Shown: piece by piece, positions 19,601 to 29,500 of the stretch
Numbering within the stretch: the stretch's first letter is position 1
How the letters are laid out: each line of letters starts with the position of its first letter
Assembly: GCA_018304425.1 (NCBI GenBank)
Contig: JAGVWE010000004.1
Coordinates: 254,121 to 318,120 of the forward strand
Origin: Candidatus Iainarchaeum sp.
GTDB lineage: Archaea; Iainarchaeota; Iainarchaeia; Iainarchaeales; UBA10219
Reading direction: 5' to 3'
DNA: 64,000 nucleotides
Notes under the pieces: model-generated
What the model saw: the letters and a program-made list of their open reading frames with translations, nothing else
Told to the model about the DNA's origin: nothing
Databases searched by the model: none
Made by a program: the position numbers and the translations under genes

Positions 19601-22600
19601 CGTGATGCAGCCATCGATTTTGCGCTCGCTGAGCTCCCGCATGGCCAGCGCCGCGCTCTGCACGATTTGCTTTTCGACCTTGGCCTTCGCGGCCTCCTCG
19701 CCGCCCTCGAAGTCCTTCACCAACGCGTTAATCGTCATCTTCTGGCCGGCCTCCGTGGAGCGAATCAGGTCGAGTTTGACGAGGTAGCCCTGCGTGTCCC
19801 CGGTGGCCAAGCGCACCCGGTTGAATTCCGGCTCGCCTTTCCGGACCCGCTTGTCCGAGTTGAACAGGGAGGACGCGAACTCCTTGGCCAGGCCCTCCAT
19901 TTTGTCGTCCGCATAAGTCACCAGGCCGGGCCAGGCGTTCCGCGTGTTGTCCGCCGAGTAGCCCGCGTCCAGGGGCAGGAACGCCATCGCGTTCTGGATT
20001 TTGTTCTCGCATTGCTGGGTCAACTGCCGCACGTTTTCGCCTTCCTCCAATTCAGAGCGCAAATCCAGGTAAACATCCATGGCATCTGTAATCATTCTCC
20101 CGCCCTGCACCTTGACCGCGCCCGACAGCCGGGCCTTGTAGAGGCCGCAGCCCTCGAAGGCGTCGGAGAAGAAGAGCTGCTTGCCGTAGCCCGTGGCCAG
20201 GCTCTGCCGGTACTCGTCTTCCGTGGCCGGGAACTTGACGTTGTAGGCGTTCAACTCCGGGGCCTTCTTCGCGAAGCCGTCCTTCAACGCTTCCACGCTG
20301 AGCACGTCGTTCGCGAAATAGACTTCGAACTTGTCGGGCCGCAAGCCCAGGTTCTCGAACAGGCAATAGCCTTCGTTGAGGGCCGCGTTGTCCGCATAGC
20401 AACCCGTGTTCGCGACCTCGTTCTTGTAGTGCGCGGTAATCTGCTTCTGCGCGTCCCGCAGCTTTTCCTGGATGCGCTTGGCCAGGAACTGGCCCAACTG
20501 CTCGGCATCGCAGTAAGCCTTGTCGCAGTCCGCCTGCTTCGCGATTTTGGGGAAGGAAACCTTTTTCCGCTCGTTTTTGTCGCACACCGGGATTTCCTCG
20601 GGCTCGGTGGCGGCCTCGCCTTTGAGCGTGGCCGACTTGCCCAACTCCAGCTGCACGCTGATTGGCTGCGAGGAAACGAATTTGTTGCTGCGCACCAGCA
20701 ACGCGCGCAAGTACACCGGCACCGGGCTCGACGTGAAGTAGGCCTCGTTCTTCTTGAGCGTCAAATTGACCGTGGTCGAGGCCCCGGGGAAGAGCACCGT
20801 GTCCTTGACCGCCAAATCCAGTTCGTTGGCGCCAATCCGCTTGGGTTCCGCGCCCAAAACCCGGACCTCTTCCGCGCAACTGTTCTTGACGGTCAGGGCT
20901 TCCTGCAAGGCCCCTTCCGTGGCCCGCTTGGACTTGAACTCAATAAACGCGGGACTGACCACCAGGCATTGCTTGGGCGAGATGTGCACCGTGACAATTA
21001 TGGGGCCGAAGTCATGGGTTTTCCCGTTGATGATGCCCCGCATCCCGATCTCCTGGACGTCCAGGGGAGTGGTCTTCTCGGTCCGCTGCGCCCTCGCCAC
21101 CACGTAATAGGGGGGCATGAGGCTCTGGCCCCGCCGCAGCACCTGCACCGGGAACTTGGGCTCAATCTCGATCTTGGCGTTCCCGGACTGGAACCTTCCC
21201 CCCACCGAGAAGCTGAGGTTCTGGATGTCCGCGTACCCCACGTTGGTCGCATAAATGGGCACCGTGACCTTGGCCTCTCCCACGCCAGTATCCGACAGGT
21301 AAACGTCGATGTTCCTGGACACCTGCAAGGCAGAGTCCTTGTTCCACAACACGACTTCCAAGGGCAGGGACTTCGACAACAAGTCGCTCCTGAACCACAC
21401 GTCGTAGAGGAACCGCTGCTTTTCCGCGTAATTCCGTTCCAGTTCGTTGACCACGCTGACGTTGATGGTCCGGGTGTCGGTCTGGCTTCCCGCCGGCCCC
21501 AGCAAGAGGTTTTCAACGGCCACGCGGATGCTCTGGTCAGGCACCCCCACCGGCACCACGGCTGACTGCAACTCGACTTCCGTGGCGCACTTGTTTTTCG
21601 CCGTAATCTGCACGGCCTGCGTGCTCGCCGGCTCGGTCAACAGGTAGGTCACGAGCCGCGCCGAACTGAATTCCACGCAGTTGGGGTCCAGCGGCCGGTT
21701 GTAGTCCAGCACCACCCGCGTCTGCGCTTCGACGCGGAACTTGCCAAAAATCCGTCCCCTGAAAATCACGTCGGCTTCGCCGTGCGCGCGCTCGGCCTTG
21801 CCGCTGTACTCGCCTGCCACCGTCACCTTGCCACTGGCATTGGGTTCAATCGCGTTCGGCGGCGTAACCCGCAGGTCCAGGTCCTCCGGGAAGTCCCCTA
21901 TCTTCACGACTTCAACGGTGAGGTCCTGCACGCGGTCCGAAGAGGTATTCCGCAAGTCGAACCGCTCGTCCGCGTTCTTCTGCCCCTTGGGGATGTTGAC
22001 TTCCACGGCTTGCGGCGCCGTTAACACCCCGTCCCGGCCTATTTCGACCACGCCTTCCAGGGGCTTATAGTCGGCCGCGTTGGCCGTGAACCGCAGGGTT
22101 CCCGCGGGAAAAGCGTTCTTGACTAGGTACAAGCCGTTCAAGCCCTTGTTCACGGTGCCCGTGCCCTGGATGACCCGCAGGGGCGCGTTGCCTTCGCCGT
22201 AGAACGTCAGGACCGCCCGCTCAACAAAGGAACCGTCCCCGGCCTTCAACAAGACCGTGAAGTCCTGTCCGACCAGGACGCGGTCGGGCGAGACCGTGGC
22301 CGTCATGCCCTGGTCCTGGCTGACCTCGAAGTTGAAGTTCTGCGTCACCGCGCTCACGGCCGAAATCAATTGCACGGTCAAGGCCGCCGAACCCTTTTCC
22401 ACGGCCTTGAAGTAGAGCCGCACCTGGACCGGGCCGCCCGGCAAGACCTTCAAGTCCTTGGCCGTGAGGTCCGTGTCCGTCGAATCCTTATCCGGGAAGT
22501 CCGCGAACTGTTCCACGCCGTAACCCGTGAAGAAAATCTTGGGCGCGTTCCTCGAAGTCGCGCCCTTGACCGTGACGCTGACTTCCCGTGCGGGCGCGAC

Positions 22601-25078
22601 CTCGACTTCCAAGGCATACTTGTTCCCCACCACCGCGTGGAAGTTGCCGGCCTCGAACACGGTCCCGTCTTCGGCGAGGAACCGGTAGGTCGCGCAGAAC
22701 TCGTCCTTGCAGGTGGGCCGGGCGTTGAACACCGGCACGTCGACGCGGTTGGTTTCCGCGTACAAGCCCGTGCGCTGGGCGGAGAACTCCAGGCCCTCCA
22801 ACAACGGATCCCTGGGCAGCCTATAATAGGCCGAGCCAATCCGGGTCCAGGCCCGGTAATACAGGGGATACGAGCTGCTGGCAGCGGTTTCCTTGGCTTT
22901 CAACCGCACCTTGTACACGCGTTCCGCCGCGCCTCCCTCGTGATACAATTCCAGCCACCGGTTGTATTCCCCGGGCAAGCCCCGGTTCCGCAAGTCAATG
23001 CCTTCGAAGCCGGGACTCGGCTGCGGCGTGTAACTGCGTCCATACGCGAACCTGGGAGCCAGGCCCGTGAAGCCAATGATGCCCGCATCGCTGGAGTCCG
23101 CGAACCTGATTTCGTCGGGCCCGAACCGGAAGTGCATGCCGCCCACGTATTTCCCGTCCGGCCACGCCGTCTTGAACACCGCGTAATAGTCCTGGCCCTT
23201 GACGATTCCCTCCACCTTGTTCCCGTTGGGGTCCTCGAAGCCCATGAACTGGACTTCGGGGGCCAGGCCCGTGACCTTCTGCTCGCCAATCGTGAGGCTC
23301 AAGGCATTCTTGCCTTCCACGAAGACCTCTTCCTCGAACAACGCGCCATCCCGGCCCGTGTAACTCACTTTCACGGTCTTCAAGCCGCCGGGGTTGAAGT
23401 ACACCGTGCCGCCCGTTACCGGGCCCGAGTAGAGGACGTTGCCGCTCGTGGACGACACCACGATGTTGCCCGCCGCCATCGGCTGGCCCTGCGCGTCCAC
23501 CAAGGACAAGGCGAACACGCCTCGGTCGGTTTTCATGAAGATTTCAAGCCGGTTCTCGGCCCTCGCATCCGTTGCCAGGGAGGCCTCGCCTTTCTCGTTT
23601 TCCTTGACGGCCGTGACCAACAGCGTTTTGCCGACGGGAACCACCGCCTTGGCGTAGCCCGTGATGTCGGTCCTCGTCTGGGAAACGCCTAACGGCAACT
23701 CGCCCCCCGCCACGGACTCGTAGAAGGTCAGCACCGCGTCGTTGGCGGCATCGCCCTTGGAGTCGGAGACGAACACGCTCAGGGTAGTCGAGTTGTCAGG
23801 CGCGGCCCGCGCCAACGGAAGGGTGTACTCGGTTTGCTGTTGGGCGTTGACCTCGATTCGGGCCGGCAGATACCGTTCCGCGTTGGCCGTGACGTAGTAC
23901 TTTTGCTGCGCGTCCAGGTTCCGGAAGTAAACGTCTCCACCGAACTGGGTCAAGCCCGAGTCCATGAACTCGGCTTGCGCGTCATACAATTCCACGGCCG
24001 CGTTGGACAACACGAGGCTGCTGTCCTGCGCCGTGACCGTGACGTGAATGGATGCGCCGCCCTTGCGGAGCTCGACTTGCACGACCTCGCTGTCGTCCCG
24101 CAGGGTCTTGCTGATGAGTTCAACCGAGGAGTCGAAGGCAATGTAGCCCTCCGCGGATACCACGTACCGGATGCTCGTGCCCTTGGCTATCTTCGTGAAG
24201 TATTCCCCGTCCTCGTCCACGTCGTCCAGGATGAGCTCGCCGCTCTTGGCGTCATACACCTTGACCGAGACCTCGGGCACCAGGGTCTTCGAGTCCGCGT
24301 CGAACACCCTGAAAATCGCGTTGGACAAGCCGATGGTGGCGCTGGCCTTGGGCGGAACCTCCAGTTCCGAGGTCGAGCCCTCGGAGAACCGCAGGACGAA
24401 CGCCTTTTCCTCGTAGTTGTCCGCGTAGACCTTCAATTCCACGTCCTCGCCTTCGGGAACGCCGAGGCAGGACACCAGGCCGTTGCCTTCGACTTCGCAG
24501 GAGATTTCCTCGCCCGTGGAAAGCCGTGCCACGACCTTCGCGTTCTTTATCTGGTCCTTGGTCTGCGAGTCAACCAGGGAGAGCCTTCCCAGGATGGTGC
24601 TGACTTCCTTCTGCAACTGCACGGCCACGCTGGCAGACTTCTCGTTGACCTTGACTTCGCCGGAACCCGACAGGTAACCTTCCTTGGCGCCCACGACTAT
24701 CAGGGTCGCGCCAATCGGCACGCCCTTAACGGCAACCGTTTCCCCGTCGCGTAGCACGTCTTTTTCGAGGGCAAACCGTTTGCCGTCCTCGCCCTTGACC
24801 TGGACTTGCACGCCGCTGACCGGCTGGCTGAACTGGTCCACGAAATGAGTGGTCAATTGCACGTCATAGCTGGTGCCCACGAAGACCAGGCCCAGCACCA
24901 GGCCCAACACCACCAAGAACAAGGCGGTGAACACGGGGAAGGCGGGAATGCCGCGTTGTTCCAACGCGTCAATCAAGCCGTAGACCGGGAGCCCCTTGCC
25001 GTCCAGGAAGTCGGCGAAGCCAAAGAACCGCTCCTCCAAGGCCGAGTAAAAGCCGCCTAACATCTCCGACAAACCCAT
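16667..25078 (-). CDS. Giant membrane-anchored surface protein, paralogue C (2803 aa), with internal hydrophobic helices and a C-terminal lysozyme/SLT-like domain
   Basis: Same N-terminus as A/B (FYSALEERFFGFADFLDGKGLPVYGLIDALEQRGIPAFP plus TM), the same repeats and GMHFRFG/YYRAW/CKDEFC motifs. Confidence 0.9.
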   Translation of the reverse strand: MGLSEMLGGFYSALEERFFGFADFLDGKGLPVYGLIDALEQRGIPAFPVFTALFLVVLGLVLGLVFVGTSYDVQLTTHFVDQFSQPVSGVQVQVKGEDGKRFALEKDVLRDGETVAVKGVPIGATLIVVGAKEGYLSGSGEVKVNEKSASVAVQLQKEVSTILGRLSLVDSQTKDQIKNAKVVARLSTGEEISCEVEGNGLVSCLGVPEGEDVELKVYADNYEEKAFVLRFSEGSTSELEVPPKASATIGLSNAIFRVFDADSKTLVPEVSVKVYDAKSGELILDDVDEDGEYFTKIAKGTSIRYVVSAEGYIAFDSSVELISKTLRDDSEVVQVELRKGGASIHVTVTAQDSSLVLSNAAVELYDAQAEFMDSGLTQFGGDVYFRNLDAQQKYYVTANAERYLPARIEVNAQQQTEYTLPLARAAPDNSTTLSVFVSDSKGDAANDAVLTFYESVAGGELPLGVSQTRTDITGYAKAVVPVGKTLLVTAVKENEKGEASLATDARAENRLEIFMKTDRGVFALSLVDAQGQPMAAGNIVVSSTSGNVLYSGPVTGGTVYFNPGGLKTVKVSYTGRDGALFEEEVFVEGKNALSLTIGEQKVTGLAPEVQFMGFEDPNGNKVEGIVKGQDYYAVFKTAWPDGKYVGGMHFRFGPDEIRFADSSDAGIIGFTGLAPRFAYGRSYTPQPSPGFEGIDLRNRGLPGEYNRWLELYHEGGAAERVYKVRLKAKETAASSSYPLYYRAWTRIGSAYYRLPRDPLLEGLEFSAQRTGLYAETNRVDVPVFNARPTCKDEFCATYRFLAEDGTVFEAGNFHAVVGNKYALEVEVAPAREVSVTVKGATSRNAPKIFFTGYGVEQFADFPDKDSTDTDLTAKDLKVLPGGPVQVRLYFKAVEKGSAALTVQLISAVSAVTQNFNFEVSQDQGMTATVSPDRVLVGQDFTVLLKAGDGSFVERAVLTFYGEGNAPLRVIQGTGTVNKGLNGLYLVKNAFPAGTLRFTANAADYKPLEGVVEIGRDGVLTAPQAVEVNIPKGQKNADERFDLRNTSSDRVQDLTVEVVKIGDFPEDLDLRVTPPNAIEPNASGKVTVAGEYSGKAERAHGEADVIFRGRIFGKFRVEAQTRVVLDYNRPLDPNCVEFSSARLVTYLLTEPASTQAVQITAKNKCATEVELQSAVVPVGVPDQSIRVAVENLLLGPAGSQTDTRTINVSVVNELERNYAEKQRFLYDVWFRSDLLSKSLPLEVVLWNKDSALQVSRNIDVYLSDTGVGEAKVTVPIYATNVGYADIQNLSFSVGGRFQSGNAKIEIEPKFPVQVLRRGQSLMPPYYVVARAQRTEKTTPLDVQEIGMRGIINGKTHDFGPIIVTVHISPKQCLVVSPAFIEFKSKRATEGALQEALTVKNSCAEEVRVLGAEPKRIGANELDLAVKDTVLFPGASTTVNLTLKKNEAYFTSSPVPVYLRALLVRSNKFVSSQPISVQLELGKSATLKGEAATEPEEIPVCDKNERKKVSFPKIAKQADCDKAYCDAEQLGQFLAKRIQEKLRDAQKQITAHYKNEVANTGCYADNAALNEGYCLFENLGLRPDKFEVYFANDVLSVEALKDGFAKKAPELNAYNVKFPATEDEYRQSLATGYGKQLFFSDAFEGCGLYKARLSGAVKVQGGRMITDAMDVYLDLRSELEEGENVRQLTQQCENKIQNAMAFLPLDAGYSADNTRNAWPGLVTYADDKMEGLAKEFASSLFNSDKRVRKGEPEFNRVRLATGDTQGYLVKLDLIRSTEAGQKMTINALVKDFEGGEEAAKAKVEKQIVQSAALAMRELSERKIDGCITDNENAFWLKSTEKIGQLELNACPNPLTVSQNTACCDFNVFSDVSEPVKVSVKQETAFNGLKEFYVQAQVENREQRVYRGKPFEETRKEEVGAQAFSAMDLKEKDLKGRYYKNFQVCALGDAHAQMVQGKKLVLGAQSAVHAKKAAKDGTVSLQVCALHPYDFMDRIAKEPLADGETKELYATLGWKGGPDEITLSNLKNLEDAKARMDDATKILADAPAEGQTAYDKKFTLQKFGGLGVFLVGCGSAKFIAAAAGFPVGAFSFFWDCIVPVGVAGLDYAGVLGKVGTTISKAGSGVYSTAKRTVGLGSPETVTEKQVADFQAQAEQIASGKASGKDLEDFKSKTEDMLVTVGIGSSAGKVVIPAIPATIRRVTGTALEKAAAAGGGEAAVKEAVEEGAKLAGAEGAAKELVIPELKKPLTEKSAKKIFGQVSEELATAESNARWTAQLDSLDKTARKTFNREYAEELEKYLFDNYYTKGKQLTETELQEALLKARQEVAPVVLNRPAFRAGHFDTALRAEARKLITEADEAALKKLTSENVEAAFKSAILPDNINTKNMLRTFTPGRNVGGWNVTDFSPGGNAQIMQWSDELAPKIVDAIETKAGGGLIPTPGATPFRAAVRQEVEHALRDAVWTSNGSIAKNQLTAAVNARVADVVKAEKTVWSALAGVQTLSAKESVALGEKEEKIMKDILEEMRKTGVKGKGSGAIKKFFTDTILKASGKGALKLLGGVVSGLFAQFMGLLAWEAYWQFAAEPITPTESIVASATVKTPDGKVVTAEMPDEKFKRGETYKVTMKRVGDFVEKKISLVTDLAAVDQSKKLEDCTGKAFDKDVSKALHNLRPNAGLWGEKGKTEARYVKTYYEAIGHHSTEIAAKAGVPEALLIVLGIWQTDLGAKTNYEYITGCGKPDPKFKGLAESFDCAAGEVKSLLAACPGEEAQQFACVLQAYGKKYRAPAEPDLDELYDTYTRWNATRAT

Positions 25079-25191
25079 TACCTATTTCACCCGCTATAAT
25101 TAATGGCTGACGAAGTAGTATATTAAAGTATTTAATAAACCCTTTGCCTGCCTGCTGCCTTGCTTTTGAGCCCCCAACGAATGCCCCGCTT

Positions 25192-26370
25192 TTAGTCCAG
25201 TTGCGCCGGGATTTCGTCCGCGGTTATCACGCTTATCTCGCATCCATTGAGGACCGTTTTCACTTTTTCACCTTCGTATGCCACGACCAGCGCTTTTTTG
25301 GGCTTGTATTTTTCGATGAACGAGCGGAGGCTTCTTTCGATTTTTCCGGCCGCAAACGTTTTGACTTCAATGGGGATGAGGCGTCCCTCTTTCTGCACGA
25401 CGAAGTCGACTTCGGCCTTGCTCTTGCTTTTCCAGTAGTTTGGGGTGAAGCCGGCCTTCCGGATTTCGTTGAGCACGTAGTTTTCGAACATCTTTCCCTC
25501 GTTTTCGAGTTCGTTCGGGAAGGCATCCATGATCGCGTTTCTCATGCCAGTGTCGTTGAAGTAGAGCTTGGGTTGTTTGGCCAGCTCGAGGCCCTTGTTC
25601 GTGAAATAGGGCCTTACCCGCGTGATGAGGTAGCTTTTTTCGAGTGCATCCATGTATTTTTGGAGCGTGGGCGTGCTGATGCCGAGTTTTTTGGAGATGG
25701 CGCCATAGTTTATCTCCGTGCCGATGTTCGCGGCCAGGTATTTGGCGAGCCGTTCGAGTTTTTCCTGGTCGTTGATGCCGAATGCCATGAAAGTGTCCTT
25801 TAGAAGAGCCGTGGTGAAGAGGTTCTTCAGGAGGGTCTTCTTGGCTTCCGGCGATTCCGCCAGCACCACCGCCGGGTAACCGCCGTACACCGCGTGCTCC
25901 CACACGTGCCGCCGAAGGATGTCGGCGACGAATGCTTTCTGGCCTTTCGCGGAGAGGAACTCGCCGAGGCTGAAGTTGGGAAGCGTGAGGATTCCGACCC
26001 GTCCCGTGAGGTGGGAAAGCACGCTTGCCTCCAAAAGCGCTTGCGAGGAGGCGCTCACCCAGAGCTTGTAACCCGCATCCGCCAGGTACTTCAGCTTGAT
26101 TCCTGCTTCCTTCCCATATTGCACTTCGTCAATGATGGTTGGGCGGTCCTTGGCCAAGTACTGTTGCTCGAACCTTTTCACGTCGCCGTCGAACAGGGAT
26201 TTGGCGCTTGGGTCGTCGAGGCTGACGTAAGACACGTCCCTCCCCTTGGCCATTTGCTCCCGGAGGAAAGTGGTTTTTCCGGCCTGCCGGGGGCCGATGA
26301 CGGCCACTATCTTGTACAGCGCGTCCAACTGCCTGAAGCCAGGGCCTGCTTGCCTTTCAACCCACATCAA
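25192..26370 (-). CDS. AAA+ ATPase with DUF4143 C-terminal domain (AAA_14 family)
   Basis: Walker A GPRQAGKT, Walker B IIDEVQY, GGYP, KLYFNDTG, and nuclease-like EVDFV...IPIEVK. Confidence 0.9.
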   Translation of the reverse strand: MMWVERQAGPGFRQLDALYKIVAVIGPRQAGKTTFLREQMAKGRDVSYVSLDDPSAKSLFDGDVKRFEQQYLAKDRPTIIDEVQYGKEAGIKLKYLADAGYKLWVSASSQALLEASVLSHLTGRVGILTLPNFSLGEFLSAKGQKAFVADILRRHVWEHAVYGGYPAVVLAESPEAKKTLLKNLFTTALLKDTFMAFGINDQEKLERLAKYLAANIGTEINYGAISKKLGISTPTLQKYMDALEKSYLITRVRPYFTNKGLELAKQPKLYFNDTGMRNAIMDAFPNELENEGKMFENYVLNEIRKAGFTPNYWKSKSKAEVDFVVQKEGRLIPIEVKTFAAGKIERSLRSFIEKYKPKKALVVAYEGEKVKTVLNGCEISVITADEIPAQLD

Positions 26371-26532
26371 CTACTACTAAACCCAAAGCATTATTTAAAT
26401 TTAACCCTGCCGTTTTTAAAAAAGCCTGTTTTTCTCGCCTTTGGCTGGGGGTTGAATTCCACGGGCATTTCCTTGACGCTTTGAGGTATCCGGCCGCATG
26501 GACTTAGAATGGGCCGTACCCCCTTCCAGCAA

Positions 26533-29500
26533 TCAGTTGGTGTACACGCCGGCGTTGTTCTCGAGGTGGCCTCCCGCGCACATGACGCCGTTGCCGAGTT
26601 TCTTGTACCAGGCCTCGTGCTGGTTCTGGTAGCCGCACTTCCAGGCAAACCAGTAGTCCTGGTCCTCCGGCAGCTTGACCAGCGAGAGGTAAGGATAGCC
26701 CTTGGGGTCGGGAGCTGCCGGGACATGGTAGACCTTGGTGAGCACGACCTTGGTGGCGGGCACACTCCAGTCACCCGGCATGTCCGTGAGGTTCTGGTTA
26801 AACCAGGCCGAGGGGTCCTTCAGCGTGATGCTCATCTCCATGGCATTGGTTCCATTGTAAATTCCATAGGTTGGGCTAAAGACAATGCCGTGGTTTTTCA
26901 GGACGTCGTCAATGACGGTGCCGACATCGGGGTCCAACTTCTTGAATTCTGCCAGCAATGTATAGAACGACTGGTTGTTGCCTTGTTCACCGCCATCCAC
27001 TTTGTCGTATTCCCTATCAAAGCCCTCGTCGAGTAGCCTTAACAGCTTGTACTCGTCTTTGAGTTTCACCATTGCATCGCTGATGCGTTTCGTGTCGCTG
27101 TCCCTGCCCATGACATAGGCTTCCACGGCGTTCTTGTACTCGCCGTAGCTCGGCAAGCCGAAGTTGCTGCCAATCCATTCGTCGTCCGAGCCGGGGTTGA
27201 CCTGCTTGTCGAGTTCGAGGTGGTAGGTCATGGACTTTTCGGGGTCATCGCCGTCCACTTCCAGGTCGTAAATGGCGAGGGTCGTGCAGGTGCCGTTGCC
27301 CATGCACGTGATGGGGTCGTTGCGTTCCTTGTCTATGAAGTAGTCCGCGTTCTCCTTGTAGAAGTCCGCGCAGTACGCGTAGGCCGGGTCCTTGTCCTTG
27401 CCCTCGTCAAAGGCTTCCGAGCAGGCAATCATTTTCCGGGCCTCGTCCAACCCATAGGAGTCGCCGCCGTTGCCGGCCTCGAGTTTCACGGACTTCTTGT
27501 TCAACGCGTAGTAGAACGGCTTATAGCAGTCCTCTGCATAGGCTTTGCCGTTGCATAAATCGTACAGGCCTTCGAACCGTGTGGGGCTCGCATTCTTTTG
27601 GCCTTGTGCGGGCGGCCTCAGTTTGAGGCTGTGGTCAATGGTTTTGCCGTCCAAGGCAGTGGCCTGCCGCTTCAAGGACAACGCGTCCAAGTAACCCGGG
27701 TCAGCCGCGTACGGTCGGCCGCTGAACGTATAGTACAGGGTCCGGCCCAGTTTCTCGGCTTCCTTGGCCCCGGCCTGGAACAACACGGTGTTGCCCGAGA
27801 ACACGGTGGCATCCTCGTCGTTCAAGGGCATGGAGGGTTCTTTTTCCAGGGGGCGGAGGCCCGGGTGGATGATTAAGTATGCGTTGCCTGCATTGACTCC
27901 ATAGCTGGCCGCTACCTCGACCTGGTTGCCCCGGCCTCCCTTGAGGCCCGCAATCAAGTCATTGGCTTCGCTGCTGAACTGCCACCAGGCAATGCCTTGC
28001 TGGATGACTTCGCCTGCTGCCAGCGCCCATCCCACGAAGGGAACGGCTTTCACCAGCACCGAACCCGTCTTCGTGGTAGCGAATGCGCCAAACTTGCCTG
28101 CCACCCTCACCGCGGCAACGGCTCCGGCCTTGGCGCCCTTGGCGGCCCGGAATGCCTTCCAAGCCGTGTTTACCGTCTTCCAGTCCTGCGCCGTCTTAAA
28201 CCATTTCGCGGCCGGCGCGAACTTGGCAGCTACTGCCTTGCCAGCCGCCTGAATCGGTTCGGCTACGCCAATCTTGTCCGCGCTCCAGGCAATGCCCTTG
28301 CCAGTGGCTCTCAGCATGTGGCCAATGCCTACCGCCACCCAGGTCGCGGGGTGCGCGTGGGCAATGAGTTGCGTGGCCCGTAACGCGCCCGCCCAGCCCT
28401 TGAAGTTGCTGAGCAATCGGGCCATGCTACCCCGCAACCGCGCCCAGGACCAGAACCGCACGGCGTCTCCCGTGGTCTTGGCCGCTGCCGCGGCGCCTGG
28501 AGCTGCACCCGTGCCTGGTGCCACGGTCGTGCCGCCGGTCGCCGGTGCTCCCCCTCCCACAGCAGCCCCGCCTTCCTTGGCCCCTCCGGGTTCCGCAAGC
28601 CTCGCGAGGGGCGGACCAATTGGTTCTGCAACGACTGGTTTGCTAGTGCCCGTCCACCAGTCAATGATTCCCTGGTTTTCTACCGCTCGCGCGCGTGCCG
28701 CTTTCAAGTCGTCTTCAATTCTTGCCACGTTGCGTCGCGCGTTAGCCAGTTGCTCGGCCGAAGCCTTGGGGTCGTTGAGCCTTGCTTGGGCCGCCTTGAG
28801 GTCTCCGTCGAGTTTTGCGATTTCCTTTTGGTCTTCTGCCAGCCACTTCCTTGCCTCCGTGACCCCGGATGGTTCCGCGCCGGCGCCCGGCATGGTTGCC
28901 GCCGGAGTTGCAGCCGCTTTCGCAGTCAATGCAGCAATTTCCTTTTCAAGGTCATCGATTTGCCTTGCCAGTGCCTGTTGTGCCCTTCTTGCTTCTGGGA
29001 TAAGCTTTTGTTCGAGTTCCGGCACTTTTGCGCCACCCGAAGCCCGCAAGCTGTTCAATTCATCGGTCAGGTCAGCTATCTTCTTGGCCTGCGCTTCCGC
29101 TTGTTTCTTCAGGGCAGCCAACTGGGTCTTCGCGGCCTCGAGTCTTGTTGCTACCTCGACCGCCTCAGCTGAGCCTGCAGCCGCCTTCGGCGGCTCGGTA
29201 ATCTTTTCCCTGTCAAGGGGCCGAATTTGGCCGTCCTGGGTTGATGTTAGGGGCTTGTCCACGGCGGCGGCCTGCAACCGGGCCAGCGTGGCCTCGGCAT
29301 CAGCCACTTCCCTCATGGATTTAATGATTTGCGTGCCTCGTTCCGCGCCGTAAACTTGTTTGATGTCGGCCTCCATTCTCTCAATGCCTTTCTGTAGGGC
29401 CGCCTTTCGCCCGTCGACGACGGGTCGCTCTGGCTGGGAGATGATGGGTTGTTGCGTGAGTTCCCGGGTCTCCAAGGCCTTGAGTCTACGCAGCGTCTGC

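Noticed and set aside
25100-26530. AAA/DUF4143 gene as a discrete mobile cassette between giant genes
   Set aside because: No flanking direct or inverted repeats found by eye; the family is common and scattered in such genomes.
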